Positions 22,230 through 33,690 of a stretch of DNA of 64,000 bases are shown here, in pieces. A program made the translations under genes and the position numbers. Below the pieces are notes generated by a model, which worked only from the letters and a program-made list of their open reading frames with translations, searched no databases and had not been told where the DNA came from. Position 1 is the stretch's first letter. Every line of letters begins with the position of its first letter. The stretch lies in NCBI GenBank assembly GCA_965644315.1, contig CBFFRQ010000057.1, positions 496,001-560,000 of the forward strand, in the 5' to 3' direction. Origin of the DNA: Caecitellus pseudoparvulus (lineage: Eukaryota; Protista; Bigyra: Bicosoecida).

Positions 22230-25200
22230 ATGTCCAATGCCGCAGGCAACGTGCCGAAAGCATCAGGTGCACCTGGCAGAGCATCCGTATTCATTGCCGC
22301 TGAAGAGTGCCGAATTCTCCTCCAAACCACTCCAGCTCCCGAGACCCTTGGCTCTGTCTCGCTGTGAGTGTGCTGGTCGACTTGCGGACTTGGACGTGCG
22401 TGCTGGCTCATCTGGCTCTGGAAAACTCCCCCGCAGAGGACACACCGTGCGGTGCGACGTCAAGCGCTCAAGCAACAACTCCTCAGGGTGAGTGCCCCCA
22501 CCCCCCCCACCTCCGTGCGACTTGTGCTTCACTCTGTCGCTTGCTTCGCAGGGATTTGGTGCTGGAAGCAGCCTCGGCCGCGTGAGCATAGCCTCCTCTT
22601 GCACCTGCCCCGCTGCGAGCCACTGCACACATGTTCCTCCCTTCCGTACAGTCACCATGCAGCACAAAGTGTGCCACCCGGAGGGCAGTGCGCTGTCCTG
22701 CAAGGCAAGGCTGTCGTGTGCAGCAACTCCTGTGCCCCAAACGGCGGCCGGTTGCCCATCAAGGCGCAAGCTCTGCGCAAGATCTTGACTTCTTCGCCAG
22801 AAAGCTTGATCGGAACGCGCCTGTGGTCACGCGCTGTGGAGTGCGTAAGCCAGGGGGAGTCGCAGCCAAGCAGCAAAGACTGCCTGTGTGCTCTGTGTGG
22901 TGAGCCGTTTCGGGCGCACTCTGGCTTTGACTGCCCCGCATCCGCTTTAAAACACGAAGCATCGGCAGGCCGCACATGGGCCTTGGATGGTGCAGAAGGG
23001 CACGTTTGGTTGCCAGCTGGCACGTCAAAGCGACAGGCACTTGTTCAAGACGAAACTCTTTGGGGATGGGGGAAGTTGACTGGACACTTGGGTGGCACTG
23101 TTTTCACAGCAGAGTACACGGAAGGCATGGCACTCGCAGATGGCCCAACTGTCGTGAACTTGGACCCATGGGTCATTGGGATCCAGGAGGAGGCCTACCC
23201 TGGCTCGGAAGCCTTTCTTCCTCTCCACGTGCTGGATGCGTCGGATGTGCGCAGGGTGGTGCTGTCCGAGCTTGGGGTGAGACTCGGCCCTGGCGTCGCT
23301 GAACAGCTTCCTGCCTTGCCAGCGATGGGGTCTACCTCCGGAGACATCCTGAAGCAGCTGATGGGTGTATTCGAACAGCGCATCGCGGGGGGGCAGTCAA
23401 TGCTCTCCGCCATGCTTGCTTCCAGTGTGGTACCTCGGGACCAGGCGGAGTGGGCTGGCAAGGAAGCGAAGCTGCCACCCCTGCTTCTGGCCTGGCATTC
23501 TCACCTCCCCGCACTGGACATCCCCACACCAAGTGATGCTTTCCGAGCGGAGTGGGCTTCCGATGTCGTTCGAGAGCGCCTTCAACAGTTTGCCGCTTTG
23601 CCTGAACGATATGCAGGCGAAGCTGCTGGACCATCTGAAGGTGGTCAGAGCAAGGGGCAACCTGCCAGAGGCGTGCTGCAACGTGTGATAGTGCTTTGTC
23701 ACTTGCTATGTGATGTGCCTGACGATGCGCTGGCCACCCCGGCCAAGTGGCTCGGGGAAAGTGCCGTGGCCCGGTTGATGTTGAGCATGCTGCTGCCGCT
23801 AGCTCGATCCTTGTCAGAGCACCTCAGCGACCCGATTATCCAGGAAACGCTGGCATCGGGCCTGAATGTACAAGGCTGTATTCAGAGTGACTCCAGAGAT
23901 GCAACTGCACAGGGTCTCGGGGACAGTGTGTTTGCGGCAGCCAACGTGCTCCGACACTGGGCGGCGAGCTCTGCACCACCCCAAGTTTCTGTCTGCCGTG
24001 AGGTGGGATCCGAAGTGCCCCCAGCTGGAGCCCTTGCTCTGGCTCACGCAATGAGTACAACCGGGACAGAGCAGCTCCAGCAATCTGTGCAAACCACGCA
24101 TTCTGGCGCTGAGTTGCCTCACTATGCCATGCCACGCCGGCCGTTCTCGGTGCCTCCACCATCTGTGCTCATGGACCACCACGACAAAATCATCAACGGA
24201 CTTGCTTGTATCCAAGCAAGCTCGGGCGACATGGACCTGACGTCTGTCTTCAGGTATGCCAGCAGTCTGGGTGGCGGCGACTCTCCGCAGCGTGACGTCA
24301 GCTTTGCAGCGCTGGTCGCAGCTTTGCGAAGCCAGCTGCTCAGCTTGTCATTCTCAGGAGGCCTTGCTAGGGACACTGATGCGATTGCTACAGCACTTTC
24401 GTGCGCAAGCGTTGGGGACGAAGTGTCGCTGAAGCTCCAGGTGCAGTCCAACTTCGCTCCCGCTGCACGCCTGCTGCTGGCTGGGCATGGGTATGCACGT
24501 GTAGCACTCGAGCGAAGCAGAGCTGCATTCCTGGGCCCCCCAGAGGCCTCTGAATTGCCCGCTTCCCCGGCTTCTTTCCACTCTTGCATGCACACGCTCA
24601 CCAAGATGGTCGCTGCACGGAAGCAGATGCAAACTGTTCGCTCTGGGAGCACCGCACATGCGTTCTACGTGCAGTGGTTGCTGCTGCAGTTGCAGCTTGT
24701 CGTGGAGGCTTCCAGTCTTTGTCAAGACAATGTGTGGCACTCGCTGCACGCACTGCAGGCAGATCCTGTCACGCTTGGCGGCCTCCTGGATCTGATGAAG
24801 CAAGATTCAGTCGACCCTCGCTCAAGCTCAGATTCTCTAGACTATGAGCTGCCCCCTGAGACTCCCTCACAGCTGCTTTTGCGTTTGGCCGAGATGCCCG
24901 AGGCCATCGTTGGGAAATGGGACTCCATCATCGCATTGCCGCACCTTGACCTCAAGCTGCAAGGTCCAAAGCGAGACAAAGCTCTTGCTTTGCTGTCATC
25001 CTCCACATCTTCCAATCCCTCCAAATCTGCAACTCTCGATCGAGCACCAGGCAGCTTTCAGGTTGGGGACCGGGTTTGCGTCACAAGTGGCGTGACTCCC
25101 CTCTACGGCTGGGGTAATGTCGAACCTGGTGACGTTGGCACGGTGACGAAGGTAAAGCCATCAATGATTGTCGTAAGGTTCCCCACATACCCTGAATGGA

Positions 25201-28200
25201 ACGGCCTCCCTTCGGAACTGACATTGGTAACGGCTGCATCAGAAGTGCCCACTTTCAAAGTTGGTCAACAGGTCAGGCTGAAGGCAAGCGTGTCATCCCC
25301 CACGTACGGTATGGGTGCCGTGGACCATGGTGAGATTGGGACTGTCACTGATGTTGACGGGGACGATCTTTGGGTGAGTTTTCCTTTTCAAGACCGCTGG
25401 CGGGCGTATGCCCCTGAAATGGAGGCTGTGGGTCACACTGCCCAGGTGGGCTGCAAGGTCAGGCGGAAGGCATCTACATCTGGTGCAGCTTCGGCAACGG
25501 GGGCGGGGAGTGGCGAAGAAGAAGTTGGAACCCTCACCTTTATGGATGGTGAACGGATCAAGGTGGACTTTCCCAGCGAACGTGGGTGGCAGGGGGCGCT
25601 GGATCAGGTTGACATTGTCAACGATGCGCCGAGTGTGTACTCTGCCTCTCAGCAAGCAGCCTTGAGGGCCCTTCCCCAGTCTGACATTGCGCTGTTGGTG
25701 GATGCGTATCGGTCTTGGCGACAGCTGTCGCAGTTTGATGCCATCAAAGAAATCGATGGGCTTTCCGGCAAAGTTGCTGGGCCAGAGAAAGCTGCGGCAC
25801 TGGCAGCGTTGGCAAAGATCGAGCGAGGGGAAATCAAGCAGAATGGACATGCTCGAGTTAAACCTTCGGTGGATGAGCCGTCCCTTGGGTGGGGTTCCGT
25901 TCAACATGGGCAAGTTGTGTTCATCATGGACTACGCAGAGGAAGCCTGCGTCGCCCAGTGTGAGGTCGGGGATTCTGAGCGCTGGCACTGCTTTGCCCAT
26001 GAAATTGAGCCCATCCCAACAGACTCAGATCTCAGAAGCATTGCCGAAGCTCACAAGGCTTGGGTCAACTCCGGCTCTTCGTCAGGCGGATCGGCTGTCG
26101 AGGAGCAAGTTTCACCACCAGAGGCAGCAGCGCAAGAGCGCAGTGTGGCAGGCGCAGGTCTGCCTGCTGCCATGTTTATTCCTCCTCCCGCAGTTGAGAC
26201 GGTGGGATCCACGGGTGATTACGCTCTGTTTTCGCCGACCGGGATAGCGTCGCCGACGCAAGTGCCCGGCCTGGAGCAGATTTACGATGTTAAGCTCTCA
26301 GCAAAGCAGGTTCAGGAAGTCATCTCCGCCGTGACCATCGGGGATGTGATTGTCGACTCTTTCCAGGACTTTATTCTTCCCGTCCAGGTGCTTGACGCTC
26401 TTCCTCAGCCCCAAGCAGCCTCCATCGTGCACCTGGTGCACTTGCCTTGGTTCCCACGCATGCTACGCGGTTCTCACCGAGATGCGGCTCTCCAGGCAGT
26501 CCAGGAAGCCCGGCGCGCTCCCGCGGAAGGATCCAGTGTCATGTGCGCTTCGGGGGTCTTTTCGGATGACTGTGTGCAGGCAAAGGTCGTCTGCGTCCAA
26601 GACGGGTCCAAGCCACTGTGTGTACGCAACGAAAAAGGCGAGGAGAGACATTGCAGCGCTGATGCCGTCTCGCAGCAGCTGGACACGACAGCTGAAATCG
26701 CAATCCTGTCAGCGTACGCAGAGTGGAGGCAGCACTGTCGAGCCCATGCTGGCTCACTGAGCGTGGCTCGGCTGGCTGTGGACCCGTCTGTGGTGGCCAA
26801 TTGCCGTGCAGCCCGAAGCGACGCAGGGGAAGCGCAGGTTCCTTCTTCAGTCTGGTCAGCGGTCATGCCTGATGTGACGACGAGCAGCTCTGGGTCCGCT
26901 GTGTTGGAGCCTCAGAGTGAAAGCCTTCTCTCGGCATCCGTAGTGCTGCTTGACGCTGTCTTGTCTGCTGCTCTGGCATTTGCCATGTCTCCACAAGACA
27001 CGGAGCTCGTAAACCAGCTGCTCTCAGCGCGTGCGGAAGGAACCTTGGAGACATGCGTGTCCGCCGCTTGCCCTGGCGCCCAGGCTTCGGAAGTCCAGCG
27101 CATTGTGCAGCTCGTGCAGAACGCAACGGCCGGGGGTGCGTCCGCGGAGAAGGGCACCGCCTCGCATCGAAGCTGTTCCAGCGTCGCAGAAGCCATGGCG
27201 TGGCTTGCAAGTGGGCTGTGGAGCCAGTTTGGTCCTGTACCCCAGGCTGGTACAGCCTCCTCGTCCGGGCCCGACGAGGCACATTCTGCAGCGGTGTGGG
27301 ATGAGCAGTACGAGGCTCTCGCCGATGCAGAGGAGGTGACATTTGGCACACCTAGTGCAAAGGAAGCCTTCACGGAGGATGCGTACAAGTCGCAGGAGTA
27401 TTTGAGCAAGAGTGCAGGACGCACCTGTGCCGCTCTGCTGTTGCCGCCGCTGCAAGTGGCGGTCGGCACACGCTTGCTGCAGTTGATCCGCCCGAGGCTC
27501 GCCCTGCTTGACACACTTGAAGACGGTGAGGGCGCTGTGCATGCAGACCACAGCTTCCGGCTGGTGGAGCAGCTGAAGGCCTGGGGCGTGCTGCCGCCGC
27601 CTTTCTTCAAGGCTCTGAAGCGCCAGCTGCTGACCGAGCCGCCTTCTGGGCACGAAGTAGGGAGTGAGTCCTCCGTCAAGTCGAGGCAGATGAACCGCCA
27701 AGCGATTGCTGCCCTTGAGGCTCTTCTTGAGCTTCAGCATCGCGCTCAAGGCGCAAGCAGATCGCGGCACATTCTGCTGCGAGGATTGGCGGAGTCACTG
27801 CTCTGGAGCACCAGTGACTGCTCACCATTCACTGCGGTTTCATCTGACGATGGTAGGAGCTTGGTCACCTTTAATGGAGGAGATATGACGCACAGAGACT
27901 TCAGTGCTGGAATCCGAGCAAGCACTGGGTGGGTGGAGGGCAGCCATACATGGCGAGTAGCTGTGATGCCCAGTGATGACACGGACTCGGATTGCTTGAC
28001 CGAGGTTGGTGTCTGCACATCCAATGTCTTGGTTCACCTGGATCAAGCGACATGCCTGTTTGGTGGTGTCCTGACCGCCGGACAGGCTTGGGCATTCTCA
28101 GTTGGCAATGCCAGCGGCCTGAACAGCGGAGGCCGACAGTTGCTGTCCCAAGAAGACCCCCCTCCGCACTTCAAGCAGTGCAAAGTGAGTTCCAGTGCCC

Positions 28201-29522
28201 TTTCTCAGCACGCCTCAGGCAGCATTGAGCTGCAGTGGACGCTGGACTGCGATGGGCGGACCATCTCACTCAGCAGCGTGGTCGTGAAGGGTGGACAAGA
28301 CCTGCTACACCTGGCAACCTGGAGCATTGATGGAATCTGGGACGGGAAAACGCCGCTGCATCCATGTGCAGCAAGCACAGGCAAAGGTGTCTCCGTCTCC
28401 CTTCAGGGGCAGCCAACCGAGGAGGTTCTCAGCTTCCGTGAGTACTCACGGCGCCTGCGACAGGCCCAGATGACAGCGCTGGCAGCAGAAGAGGCCTTGA
28501 TGGGGCAGATCGGTCTTCATGAGGAGCCCGGCATTGCAAACGTTGACAGCGAGTACTCTCAGCAGATTGGGTTGTCGCAAGCTGTGTCTGAGTCTGGCGC
28601 TGCAGCAGCGGGCGCTGACACGTCCAGCATGAAGAGGGTGCCGAGAGAATCCGTGAAAGACATCGAACACCTTGGATCAGGCAGCTTTGGCGAAGTCAAA
28701 CTGGTTTCGTGCGACGAATACCCTGGGTTGAGCTTGGCGTGCAAGTTCTTGACGAACGGCAAGACGTTCGATTCCAGCAAGGAGCTGAGCGCCACACTCG
28801 CATTGATGGAAGGCCAGAGCCACCCCAATGTCATTCAGACGCACGCCTTGGTGGAAGACCAAGGAAGTTGTGTTGGCCTGCTCATGGAGTATGCTGCAGG
28901 GGGGAACCTGGCGGACGCAATATTTCCGGGCGAAAGGCCAATGCTTGTGGAGGACGCCGCGAACCCTATTTCATTTGAGCAGCGTTTGGTGTGGAGCATC
29001 CAAATTGCATCGGCCCTCACCAAAGTTCACGAAATGCGGGTATGGCACCGGGACCTGAAGCCCGACAACGTCCTGTTGACGTCTTCCACTGCATCCGAAG
29101 CGCAAGCAAAGCTGTCAGACTTGGGGCAAAGCAAGCTGGCTGCGTCTTTTGCTACCCAACCAACAAATACCACGACGACTCTGATTTATTGCGCCCCAGA
29201 AGGATTTCACGAAATTTGGGGTCCCGCATCAGACGTTTTCCAGCTCGGCCTGACGCTCTACCAACTGCTGACTGGTAGGTACGCCTGGGAGAGCTACCGT
29301 GAATCGCGTGCCTTTCCGCAGTGCATCGTAGGTTTCCTGTTCTCAGCGGAGGATCTGCCAGAGAAGGTTGGCTCTTGGCCTGGGCTTGTCCCCGAGGCGG
29401 TGCGAGACATTGTCAAGAGGTGCTTGGAAGCTGATCGCAGCTTGCGACCCACTGCCCGCGAAGTGGCTAGGGTGCTTGCTCAAGCTCGCGTCAGGCTCCT
29501 CCGCGACGGAAGGGCCAAATGA
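22230..29522 (+). CDS. Giant (~2,300 aa) protein with four HERC2/KEG/Mind-bomb-type SH3-like repeats, a SPRY-like domain and a C-terminal TKL-type protein kinase; N-terminal exons uncertain
   Basis: Repeats FQVGDRV..P.YGWG.V..G.VGTV...V.FP....W at about 25056, 25254, 25440 and 25833. SPRY-like segment about 27800-28410. Kinase LGSGSFGEV/LACK/HRDLKPDN/SDLG/YCAPE at 28662-29480. Probable ATG at 22230 with GTGAGT donors at about 22364 and 22488. Confidence 0.85.
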
Positions 29523-29612
29523 GGCGCACTCAGATGAATACAATGTGGCGTGTGAACTTCGGTGCACATCAGAACAGTGCAGTGTGCGCTGACTGTGCGA
29601 CAGGGCCGCGCT

Positions 29613-32600
29613 CTAGTCCCACTTTAAAGCTCTAAACTCCTGCAGGAGCACATCCCCCTTCTTTGCTGCCTGCTGCAGAGTTGCAAACGCCATTGGTTGC
29701 ATGGTAGGTGGGGCAGGTGCGGCGGCTCTGGCTTCGCTGTGCTCCCGCATCCACGAGAACGCATCGCAGTCCATGCACTGGCGATAGGACCAGCGCTCGC
29801 TGGGGCACCAAGCCAGCATGCCAAGTAGAAGGGCTTCGAGGCCTGGCAAGGCCTCCATGCGTGCTCTGGCCCGGACCAGAAGAGGGTGCTCTCCGCTCTG
29901 CAGGCTGTACTGGGCACAGTCTCGCCGGTACTGACCTGCGCAGTTGTCGGCTTCAGGGAAGAGTGCGCGCACAGGGTCTCCCTTTTTGGGTGCTGCGCGC
30001 CGCCCACGCCCCTTGCGCACCGCAGCTTGCACTTCGGGCAGGTCGCGTGCGCTGGTGTCACCCAGTGCCAGGCGCAGCAGCGCCATGACGGGGCCCTCCC
30101 CTGCCCCACGCGCTGGCGGCAGTCCAAGGAGAACTGCATACCGCCACAGCGTGTGTGGCAGCACACCCTCGTCATCGAATTCCACCGCCGCAAGCAAGGC
30201 TTCGGCCGGGGCGTGCTGCTCGCCTGCCAGTGGAGCAACCTTGCGCCCTTTGCCCGCTCCCCGTACCAACGCAGACAGACACCCACACTGCCACACCCGG
30301 TGCAGGGCCGCCGCCAGGGAGGGGGGGCACCGCACCTCCTCCAGCACTTCCTCGTACGGCTTGCTGCCAGTGAGCAGGTGCAGCAGGCAGAGACCAGTGG
30401 CCCAGATGTCGAGAGCGTGCCCTTGGCGCGCAGCGTCACCGTCCACCAGCATCTCAGGGGCAGCGTTCTCAAACGTTGTAAACTGCGCCAATGAAATCGG
30501 CTCACCCATGCTGTCAACGCTCGTGTCCGCGGTGCCGAAGTCAACGAGCTTGGGCAGGAACGCCTCCAGCTGGCATGGGGAGTGCGCTGGGCCCAGGCAG
30601 GCCTGCACACAGCTCGCGCCTGGAGCTGAGAATCGCAGCACTGCCCTCGGCGCCTGGCTACCTGCGTCGGTCGTGACGTCGCTGACGGGTTTGAGCAGCA
30701 CGTTCAACAGCTTCATGTCGTAGTGGCGCATGGCTGCTCGCTGAGCGGCAGCTTCCAGAGCTTGCAGCACTTGGAACGTGGCTTGGGCGATGGCGTGGGC
30801 GTCAAGGTGTGCTGCAGCTTGGGCGTCTGCTTCGTAGGCTGCCTGCACGGCGGCCTCCACCGCAGCCAGGTGCTCTTCCACGTCGCCCCCTGCACACAGC
30901 TCCATGCGCACGAGCTGCCAGGCCCCTGGTGTCGTGGGCTGGGGTGGGAAGGCGGGGGCCGCCTTGCGTGGCCTCCCGCGTCGCCTCTTGCCCTGGGCCG
31001 GCGCTGGGTGCGGCAGGGCGGTGGCGCCTGGGAACGGCCCCATGGGACTCTTGGCATCAGGGCAGCCCCACACGGCTGCCGGCGGCGGGTGTGCCACAGG
31101 CAGCACCTGCAGCGTCTGGACGAAGCCGGGCGTCACGTGTGTGGTGGCGAGCTGAGAGACCATGCAGCCCGTCAGAACCTCGGCACGCACCATGCCAGCC
31201 TGGCCACTGGCCACCACGCCAGCCATGTCCATGAGCGAGACGGCCTCCAGCACTCCCCTGGCGGCGTTGAACACCTTGAACACGCGCTTGAAGCCCCCCT
31301 CCGCGAGGAAGGCCGCCCAGGGGAAGGCACGCTGGTAGCCTGCCCAAGGCGCCAGCAGGGCGCTGTCCATGGCCAGGCGCACCTCCTGCCCCTCGGCGTC
31401 CAGGACGGTCGTGGCGCGTGCCTCCCCCTCCTCTGCCTCCTGCACGCCAGCGGCCCGCCAGGAGAAGGCGCTGGTGGCCAGGCGACGCCACTCGCGGCTC
31501 ACGGCAGGCGCGGTGTGCAGGAGCATCGCGTCAGGCAGCCACTCCAGGACAGAGGAGAGGACGAGGGACAAGGCGGCGTCGCTGTCCCCGTGCGTGGCAT
31601 CCTGCTGCACTGCTGCTGGCGCCTGGGATGCAGGGGCGGTGGGGAGGGTGGCCACGGGGGATGCGGGCCCCTGCTCCGCTGGTGCGCTCCGCGCTGGCGC
31701 TGTGAAGCTGGCGCTGCCAACCAGGGACATGCGGCGGGAGGGGGCAGGGTGGAGTGCACCGGGCGCCAGGCCGGGCAGCCTCACCGCGCCAGGCGGCAGC
31801 GGCACACCAGAGACGGTGCCCCGTCTGCCTCCCCCCGACGGCGCTGGGGGGCGGAAGGCTGCCATGCCTACCGACACGCGCCGTAGAGCGGCCGAGGAGA
31901 GGGTGGGTGCTGCTGCGTGGGCGGCAAGGGAGGTGCGCTGGCGGGCAGCGGTGGACTGGCGGGGCCGGGCCAGGCCTGGCAGCGGCACCCCTCGCACCAT
32001 GCTCAGTCGGCTTCGCTGTGCGACACGCTTGAGAGAGGGGGCTGCCGCGGCACCTGCACCTGCCGCTGCTGTGCTTGTGCTGGTGGCAGCAGGGGGGGGC
32101 AGGGGCGGTGCCAGGGGGGGTAGGTCCCCCACCACGTCATCTTCCTCCGTCACCAGTGCCCCCACGCTGGAGAAGCTGAGCATGCTGAGGGCGGAGGCGG
32201 CGGACGCCACGGAGGTGACGGACTCCAAACTCGCACGCTTGTCGGCAAGGACCTCGGTGGGGACGACGGGGGGCGGCGCCAGGTCGGAGGGGGGCGAGGG
32301 GGGGGGCACCTCGCCTGGCGTCGCGGTCTGCGGCACCTCAGCGAGAGGCCGTCGCTGCGCCCGCTGCTTCGGTTTGCCTGCCGCCTTGGGCTTGGGCTTG
32401 GAGGCCTTTTTGGCTATGCGACGGCGAGGCAGTTTGCTGGGAGTGGGCACGCCCAGCTCTTCGAATTCGTCGTCCAACGCTTGCGTGATAGAGGCTGCCT
32501 GGTGCTTGGCCCGTGCTAACGGCTGCACTGCAGTGGGGCTGGCCCCCAAGATGCGGGCGTGCAAGTCACTGGCTGATCCATTGAGGCGACTTCTGTAGGT

Positions 32601-32636
32601 TCTCGCCGGTGCCCGTGAGCGATTGGCCCACGCCAT
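29613..32636 (-). CDS. Atypical Ser/Thr protein kinase with an F-box-like motif
   Basis: LAEGGFKRVFK, RMELCAGGD, HYDMKLLN, DFG, APE, DIWATG. The F-box-like segment LSLVLSSVLEWLP...PAVSREWRRLA lies at about 31475-31575. Confidence 0.85.
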   Translation of the reverse strand: MAWANRSRAPARTYRSRLNGSASDLHARILGASPTAVQPLARAKHQAASITQALDDEFEELGVPTPSKLPRRRIAKKASKPKPKAAGKPKQRAQRRPLAEVPQTATPGEVPPPSPPSDLAPPPVVPTEVLADKRASLESVTSVASAASALSMLSFSSVGALVTEEDDVVGDLPPLAPPLPPPAATSTSTAAAGAGAAAAPSLKRVAQRSRLSMVRGVPLPGLARPRQSTAARQRTSLAAHAAAPTLSSAALRRVSVGMAAFRPPAPSGGGRRGTVSGVPLPPGAVRLPGLAPGALHPAPSRRMSLVGSASFTAPARSAPAEQGPASPVATLPTAPASQAPAAVQQDATHGDSDAALSLVLSSVLEWLPDAMLLHTAPAVSREWRRLATSAFSWRAAGVQEAEEGEARATTVLDAEGQEVRLAMDSALLAPWAGYQRAFPWAAFLAEGGFKRVFKVFNAARGVLEAVSLMDMAGVVASGQAGMVRAEVLTGCMVSQLATTHVTPGFVQTLQVLPVAHPPPAAVWGCPDAKSPMGPFPGATALPHPAPAQGKRRRGRPRKAAPAFPPQPTTPGAWQLVRMELCAGGDVEEHLAAVEAAVQAAYEADAQAAAHLDAHAIAQATFQVLQALEAAAQRAAMRHYDMKLLNVLLKPVSDVTTDAGSQAPRAVLRFSAPGASCVQACLGPAHSPCQLEAFLPKLVDFGTADTSVDSMGEPISLAQFTTFENAAPEMLVDGDAARQGHALDIWATGLCLLHLLTGSKPYEEVLEEVRCPPSLAAALHRVWQCGCLSALVRGAGKGRKVAPLAGEQHAPAEALLAAVEFDDEGVLPHTLWRYAVLLGLPPARGAGEGPVMALLRLALGDTSARDLPEVQAAVRKGRGRRAAPKKGDPVRALFPEADNCAGQYRRDCAQYSLQSGEHPLLVRARARMEALPGLEALLLGMLAWCPSERWSYRQCMDCDAFSWMREHSEARAAAPAPPTMQPMAFATLQQAAKKGDVLLQEFRALKWD

Positions 32637-32822
32637 GCTGCGTGGTGCGTGGAACCTGCTGGGGTGTCACGCTGCGACACTTGCGGAAATTGCGGTGTCA
32701 CTGGCGGCGACCCGGCAAATCCTGCAGCACACGTCGCCACTGCAGAACAGTTTGTCGCGTAATATGGGGCAAATCAGGGTGGATGGTGCATTTGGAATTG
32801 ACCGCCGCTTCGTTTCTTCGGT

Positions 32823-33689
32823 ATGAGCGCGTCTCCCGGCGAACAGGCGACACCCGCTGCCAAAGCTGGCATGCTGGCGGTGTTTGCCTTGAGCACAAGC
32901 ACGTTGGCCGTGTGGCCAGTGTGGGTGGCTTGCGGGGGGCACTTCCCCGCCTGGATCCCCTGGCTGCCAGCCCTGAACGCCGCGCTGCAGCTTGGCGGAG
33001 ATGGACTGCTGGTGCCAGTCGTCGCCAACCTCGCCCTGGCCCTTGCTTTTGGCGCCCTGCACACGGCTACGGCGCAGCTCTCCGTGCAGAAGAGTGCCTG
33101 CTCTGTGCTAGGTTTGCCGCCCAGCTTTGTGCGAGCCACCTTCACCTGCATCGCTGCGACCACGCACTTGGCCATGCTGCTGGCGTGGCAGGCAGTGCCT
33201 GGTCGCCTGTGGCACCTGCCCATTCCCGCAGCGCTGGGCGGGGAGCCCTCCAGGGAAATCGTGGATGCTGTGTCCACCCTTGCATTGCTGTGCGCCATGA
33301 GCTGGACGTCCCTGTCCGCTCATGGCGGCGCGCTGGCGTTTGCAGGGCTGCCTCAGATTCTGTCTGGGCGCAGCACCCTTGCCGTGGCCCAGCCTGATGC
33401 CGCCTGCCCAGCAGGCAAGCTCATCACTTCTGGCTGGTACGGATGGGTGCGGCACCCCATGTACACCCTCACGCTGCTGGCATGCGTCGTGCATTCAACC
33501 ATGCCCGCCCAGCTAGCTACCTACGTAGCCGGGCTGCTGCTGTACCTGCACGGCTTCGGACTGCAGTGGGAAGAAGCCAAGCTGGTGCAGCAGTTCGGGC
33601 AGGCGTACGTGCAATACCAGGGCACGACGCCTGCTGTCGTGCCGCTGTCGTGTGGGCGTGGCGCCGGGCCAGCGCGCAAGGCCGCATGA
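32823..33689 (+). CDS. Membrane methyltransferase of the ICMT/PEMT superfamily, nurim/MddA-like
   Basis: Multiple TM helices; FGALHT, RATF, WQAVPGRLW, G.Y..VRHPMY, EEAKL...FG..Y..Y....P. Confidence 0.85.
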   Translation: MSASPGEQATPAAKAGMLAVFALSTSTLAVWPVWVACGGHFPAWIPWLPALNAALQLGGDGLLVPVVANLALALAFGALHTATAQLSVQKSACSVLGLPPSFVRATFTCIAATTHLAMLLAWQAVPGRLWHLPIPAALGGEPSREIVDAVSTLALLCAMSWTSLSAHGGALAFAGLPQILSGRSTLAVAQPDAACPAGKLITSGWYGWVRHPMYTLTLLACVVHSTMPAQLATYVAGLLLYLHGFGLQWEEAKLVQQFGQAYVQYQGTTPAVVPLSCGRGAGPARKAA

Positions 33690-33690
33690 G

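Noticed and set aside
20700-29600. Endogenous virus, virophage or transposon as the cause of the lower GC
   Set aside because: No integrase, transposase, capsid or terminal repeats were seen, and the GC drop is mild.
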